64,000 nt of DNA from Polyangiales bacterium (GTDB taxonomy: Bacteria; Myxococcota_A; Polyangia; Polyangiales; Polyangiaceae). The stretch is taken from NCBI GenBank assembly GCA_038230375.1, contig JBBRNJ010000009.1:87941-151940 (forward strand), written 5' to 3'. The first letter of the stretch is position 1; each line of letters opens with the position of its first letter. The translations under genes and the position numbers were made by a program. Positions 29,697 through 40,097 of this stretch are shown one piece after another. The notes beneath the pieces were generated by a model that was not told the DNA's origin, searched no databases, and saw nothing but the letters and a program-made list of their open reading frames with translations.

Positions 29697-31385
29697 CTAT
29701 CGCGGTGACACTGTGGAGCTTCGCCACCGTCGCTCGCCGAGCGCCTTGATCGCCGCGTCCGCAAGTAGCGAGTCGTACTTTGCGTAGTTGTCCCATGTTG
29801 GTGGAATGCGCACGTCGGGCGGGATCAGGTGGCCCTCCACCATGTCGCCGTCGGCGCTCACGTCGTAGCTGAACGCGAGATCGATCGTGCCCAGCGGCAG
29901 GCGTCCAGGTATGGGCGCGCGATAGCGATTCGTCGTGAAGCCCGCCATGCTCGGCATGCCGATGAGCGGACCGAAGGCGTTCTTCTTCCAGGTGTAGACG
30001 AACGCATCGCACGAGCTGCCGCAGTTCGGGCCAATGAGCAGTGCCACGGGAAGCTTCGTCACCTGGTGGCTCGCAACGAACTCGTTGTTCCAGTCGCACG
30101 TATCTGGCTTGCACTCGAACGGCCGCTTTGCGCAGAAGGGCTCGTCGCCTGGCTCCTTCACGCACTTCATGTAGAAATCCTTCACGGCCTTCGGCGTGTT
30201 GACCACGAACTTCTCGAGCGCCTCACGATCACCGACGAGCTGCGTCTTGCGCATCACCGTGAACGTGTCGGTGTAGGGGCGGGCGGGCGCCCACCAGTCG
30301 ACGAAGCTGTTCGGATCGTTTCCGCCGCCGTTCTCACGCATGTCCAGGATCACGCCCTTCGCCTGCTTCTGCAGCGAGAGGCGGAGAGTGAGCGAGTCGT
30401 GATCGGCCAGGAACTCCTGCGCCCCGTCCGCGAAGTAACGGAACGAGACCTGCCGCACGATCGGATAGAACGACCGCGGCGGTTTATCTGCAACATACAT
30501 GCAAAAATGAGCGCCGTGCCCGGACAGCTTGTAGCCGTCGTACTTCGCCGGGTCGGCATCGCCACAGTCCTCGTCCGCGTAGTCGACCCAGGAGTCGTCG
30601 GGCAGATCATCGTCCACGCGCTCTTTCCACGTGAGCTCGACGGTCTTCTTGTCCCCCGTCTTGCGCGAGCGCACGACCCACTTGCTGACATCGCCGTCGC
30701 GCGTGAGCGACTCGGCGTTGCGCCGCCGCGTGAGGAAGCGCCCGGCCGCAATCGCGAGCTGCGGCCAGTTGTTGAAGCTCCCCTCGTTCCGGTGGACGCG
30801 CGCGAGGTCCGCGGCGGCGACGCCATCTGCGGACTCGATGATGTCGCCCGGCTCGAGCCCCACAATGCTCTTGTCCCAGATCTCCGCCACGTAGTACTCG
30901 AACGCGGCGCCCTTCTCCTCGACGCCGAGCTTGATACGCATGCGCGTCACCTGCGCGCGCGAGGGCGCACGGTAGTTACAGTGCATGTCGTGCAGGCTGT
31001 TGCCAAAGTGCCAGAGCGCCACGCTGAGCTTGTCCCTGCTGTCAGCACGTGCGAATTCATCACGCAGCGCAGGTAGGTCGTCGCGGTCCCAGTCCAGGCC
31101 CAGGTTGTCCTTCGTGTGCTGCGAGAATACGTGGAGTGCATGGACGCGATCCACGAGCTCGCGGACGAGCGTCAAGCGCTCCGCCGCATCCAGATCGCCG
31201 GACGGTGACGGCGGCGGAGGTGGCACGGGTGCGAGCGTCGGCTCGGCGGATGGGCACGCAGGCGCCTTGGCTGGGTGGTCCTGCGGTGCGCCGCATGCGC
31301 CCATGGACAGGCCGAGAGCGGTGCCGGCGAACGCGTGGGCGACTCGGGAGGATGACCACGAGACGGACCAGAAGTTCCGGCGCAT
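29697..31385 (-). CDS. Peptidase S41 family lipoprotein
   Basis: SLHDMH, PDZ-like GDIIESADG, ILDMRENGGG, CGSSCDAF, LIG..S.G, EGH.I.PDV. Confidence 0.85.
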   Translation of the reverse strand: MRRNFWSVSWSSSRVAHAFAGTALGLSMGACGAPQDHPAKAPACPSAEPTLAPVPPPPPSPSGDLDAAERLTLVRELVDRVHALHVFSQHTKDNLGLDWDRDDLPALRDEFARADSRDKLSVALWHFGNSLHDMHCNYRAPSRAQVTRMRIKLGVEEKGAAFEYYVAEIWDKSIVGLEPGDIIESADGVAAADLARVHRNEGSFNNWPQLAIAAGRFLTRRRNAESLTRDGDVSKWVVRSRKTGDKKTVELTWKERVDDDLPDDSWVDYADEDCGDADPAKYDGYKLSGHGAHFCMYVADKPPRSFYPIVRQVSFRYFADGAQEFLADHDSLTLRLSLQKQAKGVILDMRENGGGNDPNSFVDWWAPARPYTDTFTVMRKTQLVGDREALEKFVVNTPKAVKDFYMKCVKEPGDEPFCAKRPFECKPDTCDWNNEFVASHQVTKLPVALLIGPNCGSSCDAFVYTWKKNAFGPLIGMPSMAGFTTNRYRAPIPGRLPLGTIDLAFSYDVSADGDMVEGHLIPPDVRIPPTWDNYAKYDSLLADAAIKALGERRWRSSTVSPR

Positions 31386-31442
31386 CGGCGCACGATACAC
31401 CGGAACTTTCCACCAGGGGCCGTGTCACGAGAGGAGAACCTC

Positions 31443-32129
31443 ATGCCGCGCACGCCTCCTCCAGAGCGGCCCGCGCACTTGCCCTTTGCATGGGATAGCC
31501 CAACCCTGGCACGATGGCTTGACGTGGCGCTACCCGACGACATCGAAGCGAAGCTCGTCGAGCGACTGATCGTCCGCGACGAGCGCGCGTTCAACGAGCT
31601 CGTGAAGACCTACGAGCGGCGCGTCTTTGCGCTGATCCTCCGCATGCTCGGCAACCGCGCGGAGGCAGAAGAGGTCGCGCAGGAGGTCTTCATCCAGGTC
31701 TTCAAGGCCATCAGCACGTTCCGTGGCGAGTCTAAGCTCTCCACGTGGATCTATCGAATCGCAGTGAACCTCTGCAAGAACCGCTCGAAGTACCTGAAGG
31801 TGCGGCACTCCGGAGAGCAGGATGAGCTCGAGGCCGTGGCCGAGCGCGTGCCGCTTGGCGAGGCGCGGCGCGCGAACGTGGGCCAGGTGGAGCGCCCGGA
31901 CGAGGCGCTCGCGGGCCGACAGGTGGAGAAGATCGTGCAGGAGGCCATCCTGGAGCTGGAGGACAGCTTCCGCGAATGCTTGGTTTTGCGTGATGTGGAG
32001 GAGCTGAGCTACGAAGAGATCGAGCAGATCACGGGGCTCGCGGAGGGCACCGTGAAGAGCAGGATCCACCGCGCGCGCGCGCAGCTTCGAGAGATCGTCG
32101 AGAAGCGCCTCGGGGAGAAGATCAAATGA
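31443..32129 (+). CDS. ECF sigma-70 factor
   Basis: AFNELV, EVAQEVFI, FRGESKLSTWIYRIAVN, LSYEEI...GTVKSRIHRAR. Confidence 0.93.
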   Translation: MPRTPPPERPAHLPFAWDSPTLARWLDVALPDDIEAKLVERLIVRDERAFNELVKTYERRVFALILRMLGNRAEAEEVAQEVFIQVFKAISTFRGESKLSTWIYRIAVNLCKNRSKYLKVRHSGEQDELEAVAERVPLGEARRANVGQVERPDEALAGRQVEKIVQEAILELEDSFRECLVLRDVEELSYEEIEQITGLAEGTVKSRIHRARAQLREIVEKRLGEKIK

Positions 32130-32488
32130 CGGACAAGCCCAAGGCACCAGACGACGTGAAGGCCGAAGAGAAGGCCGAAATGAAGGCCGACGTGAAGGCC
32201 GAAGAGAAGGAGCCCATCGAGGAGGCCCGCGACTCCAAGGACGACATGGCCATCTCGCAGCTGCTCAAGAAGTCGCTCGCGCCGGAGGAGCGTGAGGAGG
32301 CGCCAAAGGAGAGCATGCTCCCGAGCGTGCAGCGGAAGCTCCGCGTACGCTCGAAGGGGAAGTTCTACGCGGACGGGTGGAGCACGTCGCAGTCGAAGAT
32401 GAACTACGCGCTGGTCGCGGTGATCATGCTCGTGGTGATCGCAGCCTGCTACCTTGCGCTCGGCCCTACCGGCTTCACCACGCGCTGA
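32126..32488 (+). CDS. Small single-TM protein, putative anti-sigma factor
   Basis: Overlaps the sigma stop codon; charged N-terminus and C-terminal TM. Confidence 0.55.
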   Translation: MTDKPKAPDDVKAEEKAEMKADVKAEEKEPIEEARDSKDDMAISQLLKKSLAPEEREEAPKESMLPSVQRKLRVRSKGKFYADGWSTSQSKMNYALVAVIMLVVIAACYLALGPTGFTTR

Positions 32489-33741
32489 TCGGGAAACGCC
32501 GGCAGCGGCAGCTGGCTCACCACCAGCGCCGCGACGATTCCCCAGAGCGAGCACATCGTGAGCGTGAGGGCCGTGCCGCTCCTCTTCGCGAGCCACCCTG
32601 CGAAGAGCGCAGAGAGCACCCATCCGCCGAGCCACGACACGCTGTAGACAGAAACCACCCTTGTTTTGCCGCCTTCTGGTGCGTGAAGCTGGACCAGCGA
32701 GACCAGCGTCGCGAACGTGCCGACCCACCCGACGCCCGCGAACACGAACGCCACGCGCGCCACCCACACGTTCTTCACGAGCGCAGAGATCAGCACTGCG
32801 CACGAGAACGTGAAGATCATCGCCGCGGTGTAGAGCTGCGGCGGCACCCTCACGCGCGCGCGCTTCATCACGCTTGCGCCGAGCACCGCGCCCGCACCGA
32901 GCGCGCCGACGAGGCTGCCGTAGCCCCGTGCATCCATCCCGAGCTCCACCTTCGCGAACACGGGCAGCACGGACATCATGCCCGCGGCAGGAACGACGAA
33001 CGTCATCACGGCCATCACGCACGCGCGAATCTTCGGATCGCCGTAGACCATGTGGACGCCTGCGAGCGCGCCGGCCCACGTGCTCTCGGTGGTGGGCGTT
33101 GTCGGGCGCCCCGCGCGCGAGACCTCGCGGATCTTCCCGTGCATCAGGAGCACGACGATGACCGCGACGAACGAGAGCCCGTTCACGAGAAACGAGACCG
33201 GCGGTCCGAAGAGCCCGAGCAGATACCCACCGAGCATCGGCCCGAGCACGCGCGCAATGTTGAAGCTGACGGAGTTGAGCGCGATCGCCTCCGGCATGTG
33301 CTCGCGCGGCACGAGCTCCGGCACCAGCGAATGCCACGCCGGATTGTTGATCGCGCTCGCCGTTCCAATGCCTGTTGCGGCTGCAATGAGCGTGTACGGA
33401 CCGACCAGATGAAGGTAGCTCAAGAGCGAGAGCACGAGCGCCACGAGCGCCGCCATGGCCTGCCCGACAACGAGCACGAGCCTTCGATCCACGCGGTCCG
33501 CGATCACTGCGGCGGGAATGGAGAACAGGAAGCTTGGCGCGGTGAGCCCCACGGAGATCAACGCGACCCACATCGCGCTCTTGGTGATGTCCAGCATCAC
33601 CCACGATTGCGCGACGTCATGGACGAACGTGCCGATGTTGGAGAACGTGGCCGCAAGCCACAGGGTTCGATAGCCAGAGAACGAAAGGGGAGAACGCTGC
33701 GCGCTCGAGACGGGCATCTCGGCCCGTTCTGGTGCGCTCAA
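32449..33741 (-). CDS. MFS transporter
   Basis: About 12 TM; ADRVDRR motif A; AIALNS..FN.AR..GP. Confidence 0.9.
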   Translation of the reverse strand: MSAPERAEMPVSSAQRSPLSFSGYRTLWLAATFSNIGTFVHDVAQSWVMLDITKSAMWVALISVGLTAPSFLFSIPAAVIADRVDRRLVLVVGQAMAALVALVLSLLSYLHLVGPYTLIAAATGIGTASAINNPAWHSLVPELVPREHMPEAIALNSVSFNIARVLGPMLGGYLLGLFGPPVSFLVNGLSFVAVIVVLLMHGKIREVSRAGRPTTPTTESTWAGALAGVHMVYGDPKIRACVMAVMTFVVPAAGMMSVLPVFAKVELGMDARGYGSLVGALGAGAVLGASVMKRARVRVPPQLYTAAMIFTFSCAVLISALVKNVWVARVAFVFAGVGWVGTFATLVSLVQLHAPEGGKTRVVSVYSVSWLGGWVLSALFAGWLAKRSGTALTLTMCSLWGIVAALVVSQLPLPAFPDQRVVKPVGPSAR

Positions 33742-33742
33742 C

Positions 33743-34516
33743 TCACGCGACCCAGCGCGCGAGGATCACGGTGATGTTGTCGGGGCCGCCGTTCGCGTTG
33801 CCGCGCTCGATGAGGCCCGCAGCGCACGCCTTCAGGTCCGTCGTGGTGGTGATGATCTGCAGCATGTCCTCGTCGGTCACGGGGCCGGAGAGGCCGTCCG
33901 AGCAGAGGAGGTAGACGTCGTTCGCGCGCGGTTGCTCGTAGCGCGTGTCCACCTTCACGGTGTCCTTCATGCCGAGGGCGCGCACGATGACGTTCTTGTG
34001 CGGGAAGTTTGCGATCTCTTCCGGCGTGAGCCGCTTCATCTTGATGTAGTCGTTCAAGAGCGAGTGGTCTTCCGTGAGCTGCTCGATCTTGTTGTCGCGT
34101 ACGCGATAGATGCGCGAGTCACCGACGTGGGCAACGTAGACGCCGTCCTCGACAGCGAACATGGTCACGATGGTAGTGCCCATGCCGCGCTGACGGGCGT
34201 CGCGCTGCGCGCTCTCGTAGATGCGCAGGTTGGCGAGCTTGATGCCGGTGATGAGCCGGTTCTCCTCGTAGCCCTTGGAGCGATCCATCTTGTAGGGCCA
34301 GGTGCGCTCGGGGTCCTGGGCGGTCGCAGCGAAGAACTCGCGCAACGCGTCCACGGCCATCTTGCTCGCGACCTCACCAGACGCGTGACCGCCCATGCCA
34401 TCAGCAACGATGTAGAGACCACTCTCCTCGACGATGGAGAAGTTGTCCTCGTTGTGATTGCGCTTCATGCCGACGTTCGTTTCGCCGGCTACTTCGATTC
34501 GGAGCGGTCCCGCCAC
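33743..34516 (-). CDS. PP2C-family Ser/Thr phosphatase (Stp1/IreP-like)
   Basis: RNHNED, VADGMGGH, GMGTT, HVGDSR, LCSDGL, GGPDNIT. Confidence 0.95.
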   Translation of the reverse strand: MAGPLRIEVAGETNVGMKRNHNEDNFSIVEESGLYIVADGMGGHASGEVASKMAVDALREFFAATAQDPERTWPYKMDRSKGYEENRLITGIKLANLRIYESAQRDARQRGMGTTIVTMFAVEDGVYVAHVGDSRIYRVRDNKIEQLTEDHSLLNDYIKMKRLTPEEIANFPHKNVIVRALGMKDTVKVDTRYEQPRANDVYLLCSDGLSGPVTDEDMLQIITTTTDLKACAAGLIERGNANGGPDNITVILARWVA

Positions 34517-34702
34517 GACAAGGCCTTCCTTTTCAAGCGTGCACCACCCGTGTCAACCGCCGATAAACCTTCGGGGTTCCCGATACACGGGAACAACGAA
34601 AACACACCTGGCGATGGAAGGGGACAAAATCCCACGTCCTCGACAGCATGAGGTGGTCATCACGTTGAATTGGCAGGTGAGTCGGAGGGGGTGCGACCTG
34701 AA

Positions 34703-35776
34703 CTAGGGCGCAGCTTTCAGGGTCACCGGGACCTCGCGAAACTTGTCGCCGCCGAAGACCAGCAGCTTGATGGTCTGGCCCACCGCGTGGGCCCCGATCT
34801 GCTTCGCGAGCGCGTCAGGCGAGTCCACTGGCTGACCGTCCACGGCCACGATGATGTCGGCCTGGGCCGGGTCCGCCTTGAGGCCCGCCGCCTCTGCCGG
34901 GCTGTGCGGCGCGATCGCCATCACGCGGACGCCCTTCGTGTTGCCGCTGACCGCCGAGGCGCCGCCAAGGCCGAGCCAGGGCGCAGGCTGCACCGCGCCC
35001 GGCGGCGTGTGGACGAGGAAGTTGCGGAGCGCGAACACCGGCGCGCCGACCGTCACGGGCGCGCACGGGCCCGCGTCCGCAGCCTTGCATGCGCTGACCA
35101 CGAGCGCGACGACGTTTCCATTCGGATCCAGGATGGGCGTGCCGGGCGCGACCTGAGCGCCGCGCAGATCCAGATCGAGCGCGGAAGGCAGGGGCTCTCC
35201 GTCCTTGCCCTTCGCGTCCGTCCGGGCCTTGAAATGAACGACGGGCAGCGTGGGCGGACGGTTGCGACCGACAGAGAGCGCGCGGAGCTCCACGGCGGAA
35301 GGGTCCTGCTCGCTTGCCAGGAAGCCGTCGACCCACTTGCCGGTGAGGGGAATGAGCAGCGCGAGGTCCCAGGTGCGATCCTTGTGACCGAGCCGCGCGC
35401 GCGTCACAGTGCCATCCGTGTATCTTACATCTACTTGCTCGAGCCCCCCGAGCGCGGTGAGCGACGTGAGGACGCGGCCATCGCCCTTCAAGATGGTGCC
35501 TATACCAAGGAGCCTGCCGCCCTGCTCGATGAGCACGATGCCCTTCTTGGGCTCGTCCGACGCTGCGCCCTTCGCGTCACCACCAGCGCCTGCGCCACCA
35601 CCGGCTGCGGGTGCGGGTGCTCCGCCAGTGGGCGGGAGCGCGGGCAAGGGAGCGGGGGTCGCGCCGGCCGCGGACGTGGGCGACTCACCGCCCAGCAGCG
35701 CCAGGACGGTGACCGGGAGGGCGAGCGCCAGGACGGCGAGCGCGCGATGAAGGCGGGGACGAGGTCGGTAAGCCAT
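34703..35776 (-). CDS. Trypsin-like/PDZ (HtrA-like) protein lacking catalytic His and Ser
   Basis: G.G.I....G.VLTS, WDLALL, PGTPILDPNGNVV, PWLGL and PDZ (SPAEAAGL, DIIVAVDG) elements. Confidence 0.75.
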   Translation of the reverse strand: MAYRPRPRLHRALAVLALALPVTVLALLGGESPTSAAGATPAPLPALPPTGGAPAPAAGGGAGAGGDAKGAASDEPKKGIVLIEQGGRLLGIGTILKGDGRVLTSLTALGGLEQVDVRYTDGTVTRARLGHKDRTWDLALLIPLTGKWVDGFLASEQDPSAVELRALSVGRNRPPTLPVVHFKARTDAKGKDGEPLPSALDLDLRGAQVAPGTPILDPNGNVVALVVSACKAADAGPCAPVTVGAPVFALRNFLVHTPPGAVQPAPWLGLGGASAVSGNTKGVRVMAIAPHSPAEAAGLKADPAQADIIVAVDGQPVDSPDALAKQIGAHAVGQTIKLLVFGGDKFREVPVTLKAAP

Positions 35777-35884
35777 GTTTGGTTCAAGTATAGACGTAGG
35801 AAGGCCGGATCGCCTTCACACTGGCGCAGATCCGCCTGTGCTCCTTGACAGAGACAGCGGGGACGTGGAAAACCTTCCGACCTC

Positions 35885-36145
35885 ATGAGCGGATCCCACG
35901 GTCACAACGAGCCCCTTCCGGAGCCCAGCACTCCCATGTGGCTTCCTGCGCTTGGCGCGGTGCTCTTCCTCGTCGCCGCGATCGCCTGGACGATGTCACC
36001 GTCGACGCCCAGCAGCGCGACAGAGACCACGGCCGCTGCAGCGCCCGCAGCATCCGCATCTCCCGCGGCGCCAACCCCCGCGGCTTCCGCGATGGGCACG
36101 ATCGCAAGGCCGATGCGGCAACCGCGTCAGCCCATACCGCACTGA
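35885..36145 (+). CDS. Small single-TM hypothetical protein
   Basis: EP.TPMWLPALGAVLF TM followed by an Ala/Pro tail. Confidence 0.55.
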   Translation: MSGSHGHNEPLPEPSTPMWLPALGAVLFLVAAIAWTMSPSTPSSATETTAAAAPAASASPAAPTPAASAMGTIARPMRQPRQPIPH

Positions 36146-36202
36146 GCACTGAACAGGCGCGCCCGCTCGCGTGTCCAGAGTCGGGGAGTCTTCGTCGTCC
36201 CG

Positions 36203-37543
36203 TTACTGCGCGCGCGAATGCACGGCGACCCGCTCGCGGGGCTCGTGGACGCTCAACGAGGGCCCGGTGACGCCCGGGACGTTCTTCGCGGCGAAGTAGG
36301 CGCGCAGCATCTCGCGTGCGAGCACGTTCGCCTTCACGTGCCACGTGGCGCCGTTGACGGCCAGTACCGCGACCGCCACCTGCGACTCACCCTCCGCAGG
36401 CTTCATGGGCGCGTAGCCAGTGAACCAGGTGTAGTAGCGCTGCGCCTGCCCGTCCGTGAGCGTACCCGTCTTACCGGCGACCTGGATGTTCGGAAGGAAC
36501 GGCGTTGCCTTCGCATCGTGGAACGCGCGGTAGCTGGTTCCTTCGGACACGGTGTGCTCCATCATGACCGACACCTGGCCCGCGGTCTCGGGCGTGATGG
36601 CGCGGCGAACGGAGACGGCGCTGGTGGGCGCGGAGTAGACCACGGAGCCCGAGGTGTCCTTCACGTCGGCAACGAGGATCGGACGAATGAGCTCACCGCC
36701 GCGCGCGATCGTCGTGCTGAGGCTCGCTGCATGGAGCGGTGACAGCGTCGTGTTCCAGAAGCCCGCCGCAGTGCGGGCGAAGCCGAGCTGATCGTCCGGC
36801 ACGTTCAGCGCGCTCGGCTGCACCGGGACATCGAACGGAAGGCTCTCGCCATAGCCGAAGCCCTTCGCCACGTCCTCCAGCTGCTGCTTCTTCAGGCTGC
36901 GCATGGCCAGCCGCGCAAACACCGTGTTGATGCTGCGGCCCATCGCGCCCGCAAGCGTGGTGCACCAGCGATCACGCTTCGGATCCGGCTCCAGGTCGGA
37001 CGGCAGGATGCGTTGCTCGCCGCCGTTGTAACACTCCTTGGTGTCCATCGTGGCGGCGCCGGTCTCGACCAGCGCGGAGCCCGTGATGATCTTGAACACG
37101 CTCGCAGACGGAGCGGTTGCCTCGACCACCAGATCGCGCTGCGGTCCCTTCTCCAGGTAGCTCGCGTAGACCAGGACACGTCCGGTCGCGACATCCATCA
37201 TCACGACAGACGCCTCGGGCAGGTGGTAGATGCGCAGCAGCGTGAGCGCGGTCTTCTGCAGCTCCGGGTCCACCGTGAGCGTCGCCGTGCGCTTGTCGTT
37301 GAGCGCCACGTGCACGCCGCGCGGGTCCACCGTCATCTTCGTCGTGTCCATCGCGGCGACGGACGCCGGCGGATCGACCGCGGCCTTGATCAACGGTGAC
37401 GACTTCGCGAGCGCGGTCAGCTCGTCAACCGCGCTCGTGGACGCGCTGTCCGGGCCCGCGTGCCTGTGAGCTTTGAGCGCGACGACCAGCCCGAGAGGGG
37501 CCAGCGGCGCAAGGACGAGTGTTGCGACCCACCGTTTTCGCAT
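36203..37543 (-). CDS. Penicillin-binding transpeptidase-domain protein
   Basis: SVFK (SxxK), SIN (SxN), KTG motifs; N-terminal anchor. Confidence 0.9.
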   Translation of the reverse strand: MRKRWVATLVLAPLAPLGLVVALKAHRHAGPDSASTSAVDELTALAKSSPLIKAAVDPPASVAAMDTTKMTVDPRGVHVALNDKRTATLTVDPELQKTALTLLRIYHLPEASVVMMDVATGRVLVYASYLEKGPQRDLVVEATAPSASVFKIITGSALVETGAATMDTKECYNGGEQRILPSDLEPDPKRDRWCTTLAGAMGRSINTVFARLAMRSLKKQQLEDVAKGFGYGESLPFDVPVQPSALNVPDDQLGFARTAAGFWNTTLSPLHAASLSTTIARGGELIRPILVADVKDTSGSVVYSAPTSAVSVRRAITPETAGQVSVMMEHTVSEGTSYRAFHDAKATPFLPNIQVAGKTGTLTDGQAQRYYTWFTGYAPMKPAEGESQVAVAVLAVNGATWHVKANVLAREMLRAYFAAKNVPGVTGPSLSVHEPRERVAVHSRAQ

Positions 37544-37631
37544 CGCGCATGGGTGTCACATGGGCGCGGGAACTGGGCCAAATAAGCTGCCCATTGTGCG
37601 GAGGGGCGAGCGCCTGTAGTGGTTCTGAATC

Positions 37632-40079
37632 ATGACGATTTCCCGGAAGAACCGCGCGCTCTTCTTGTCGGCCCTCGCAGCCTTCGCTCTGACGGCGTCG
37701 GGACCGGTCATGAGCGCCGAACGGCTGGTGCTTCCGCAGGGTGGCGGACTGCCGGCGCTCTCCGTCGAGGTCGACCTGAAGGCAGGCGTGGTGCGCGCTC
37801 GCTCCTGCCCGCACGGCTCGCCCTGCGACGGCCCGACCCGCGAGATCCCCATCGCGCTCTCGGCGGCCGACCTTCCCGCCGCGAAGGACGTCACCGTGGT
37901 CGCCGTGGCCGTGGGGGAAGGCAAGCACGTGGCCCACGTTCGCGTCCCCAGCGCGACCGACAAGGACAAGGCGTTCGAGGTGGTGCTGGCCGCCACCGAG
38001 GCCGCGCCCATCTTCGCGGGACTCACGGGCTACTCGCTGGGCACACCGGGCGACCGCGAAGGCTCGCGCGTCACGATCTCCGATCGCGGGAACGGCGCGC
38101 ACTTCGTGCTGGTGTCGCGGCTCTCGGAAGGGCTGCTCCAGTGCGGTGACGCGGAGACACCCGTGTTTCCCGCTGCGCTCGACCCAAAGACCCTGGAGCT
38201 GCGGCGCGCGACCCTGCGCCTGCCGAAGGAGGCACGCGATGCCGCCACGCCCATCGTGGCGACACGCGTGACCGACAACAGCGCCGCGCCGCTCATCTCA
38301 CCGCTCTTCGCTGCGGTGGGCACCGGTGGGGACTCACCTGCGCTGGTCGACGGCGACGCGAAGAAGGCGTGGCTCGAGACGCGACCCAACGATGGCCGCG
38401 GCGAGTTCGTGACCACACGCGCGCTCGTGAACGTCGGCATCGAGCGGCTGCGCTTCGTCGTCGCCACCGACCCACTTCCGGAAGGCTTCGTTGCGCCGCG
38501 CATCTTCTTCGTGAAGGTCACCGGCAAGACGTTCGCCGTGACCATGCCGGAGGACGCGGCGATGCATCCCGGTGCCGCCTACGACGTTCCCCTGCCCGCG
38601 CCCATCTTCACCGATTGCCTGTCGGTCGTGCTCGACGAGTCGTACGCCAGGAAGGACGACACGGCGCCGAACGTCGGCATCGCCGAGGTGCTCGCGTTCA
38701 CGCGGTATGACCGACCGGGCGCGTCTCTGGCCGACGTGGTCGCAGGTCTATCCGGACCGGATGGAGCGGCGCGCGATACGTCGAAGAGCCTCCTTGGGCG
38801 AGCGGGGAAGAACGCGTTGCCGGCGGTCGAACAGGCCTACAACAAGCTCGATGCGGATGGGCGCATCGCAGCGATGGACGTGGTGATGTCCAGCATGTCG
38901 TGCTCGGAGGCGGGCGATCTGCTCGTGCGCGGCTACATCGACGTGGACAAGGCAGTGCGCTCGCACGGCGAAAAGCGGCTCGAGCGCTGCGGACGCGCAT
39001 CCGGGCCCGCGCTCCTCAAGGCGTGGGAGAACGCAAAGGACGAAGACGCCTCGCGGCTCTCCGATCTGCTCGCGACCCTCTCGCCGGACCTCGCGCTCGC
39101 GCCTCTCGCGTCACGCCTTGGTGCGGGCTCGCCGAGGGAGCGCGTGGGCACACGCACGGCGTTCGCGGCGGCGGCGCGCAATGCGAAGCCCGACGCGCTT
39201 GCGAGCGCGCTCGCAGGCCTCTCCACGGAAGACGCGCGCGTGGAGTTCTTCCGCGCCGCGGCGCCACGCATGTCCGACCTTGGTGAGCCGGCGAAGCGGT
39301 CGCTCGCCGAGCTCGGGAAGAAGGACGACTTCCGGCTGAAGTGGCTCCTCACGCCCGCGTTTGCCGCGCTCGCAGAGAACGGCGACGCAGATGCGCGCGC
39401 GTGGCTCGTCTTGCGCCTGGGCGCGGAGAAGGAGTGGCCGTTGCGCGCGCGGGCAGCGGAGCTGTGGCCAAAGGCGGCCGCTGCGGAGCCGTTTCTTGCC
39501 CGTGCTTGCGAGGACGCGTCACCGCGCGTGCGTGAGGCGGTGCTGAAACGAGACGGCGAGGCGGACACTCTCCTTCCATGCGCCGAGTCGACCCTCGCGC
39601 GCGATGCGTGGCCGTTCGTTCGCGTGGCAGCCGCGCATACGCTCGCGCGCGGGAAGCCGAACGCGCAGGTGGACGGCTCGCTCGCGGTCGCGCTTTCGGA
39701 CCAGAGCATTGACGTGCGGATCGCAGCTGCGAACGCGCTCGGTGAAAGGCATGCGCCTGGGCAATCGAGGGCGCTGATGGCGCGGCTCAAGGATGGCAAG
39801 GAGGACTCTGGCGTACGCGTCGCCGCGGCACGTGCGCTCGGGACGACCTGCGCGGGTGACGCGGTGCCCATGCTCACGGACCTCGCGAAGGACGCCGCAC
39901 TGCCGCAGGGCGCAGGGCAGGACGTGGCGGTCTCCATGGCAGCAATCCTCGCGCTGGGCGCGATCCACCCCGCGGACGTGCGCTCGCGGCTGGCGCCGCT
40001 CCTCCAGAAGGGAGTGCCAGCGCAGCCGCGCGCCGCGGCGCAACACGCCATCGAGGACGCGGGTACCTGCGCGCACTAG
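37632..40079 (+). CDS. Secreted protein with C-terminal HEAT repeats
   Basis: Signal peptide; repeated D....VR.AAA.ALG motifs. Confidence 0.75.
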   Translation: MTISRKNRALFLSALAAFALTASGPVMSAERLVLPQGGGLPALSVEVDLKAGVVRARSCPHGSPCDGPTREIPIALSAADLPAAKDVTVVAVAVGEGKHVAHVRVPSATDKDKAFEVVLAATEAAPIFAGLTGYSLGTPGDREGSRVTISDRGNGAHFVLVSRLSEGLLQCGDAETPVFPAALDPKTLELRRATLRLPKEARDAATPIVATRVTDNSAAPLISPLFAAVGTGGDSPALVDGDAKKAWLETRPNDGRGEFVTTRALVNVGIERLRFVVATDPLPEGFVAPRIFFVKVTGKTFAVTMPEDAAMHPGAAYDVPLPAPIFTDCLSVVLDESYARKDDTAPNVGIAEVLAFTRYDRPGASLADVVAGLSGPDGAARDTSKSLLGRAGKNALPAVEQAYNKLDADGRIAAMDVVMSSMSCSEAGDLLVRGYIDVDKAVRSHGEKRLERCGRASGPALLKAWENAKDEDASRLSDLLATLSPDLALAPLASRLGAGSPRERVGTRTAFAAAARNAKPDALASALAGLSTEDARVEFFRAAAPRMSDLGEPAKRSLAELGKKDDFRLKWLLTPAFAALAENGDADARAWLVLRLGAEKEWPLRARAAELWPKAAAAEPFLARACEDASPRVREAVLKRDGEADTLLPCAESTLARDAWPFVRVAAAHTLARGKPNAQVDGSLAVALSDQSIDVRIAAANALGERHAPGQSRALMARLKDGKEDSGVRVAAARALGTTCAGDAVPMLTDLAKDAALPQGAGQDVAVSMAAILALGAIHPADVRSRLAPLLQKGVPAQPRAAAQHAIEDAGTCAH

Positions 40080-40097
40080 GCGCCACCAGACGCGGCC

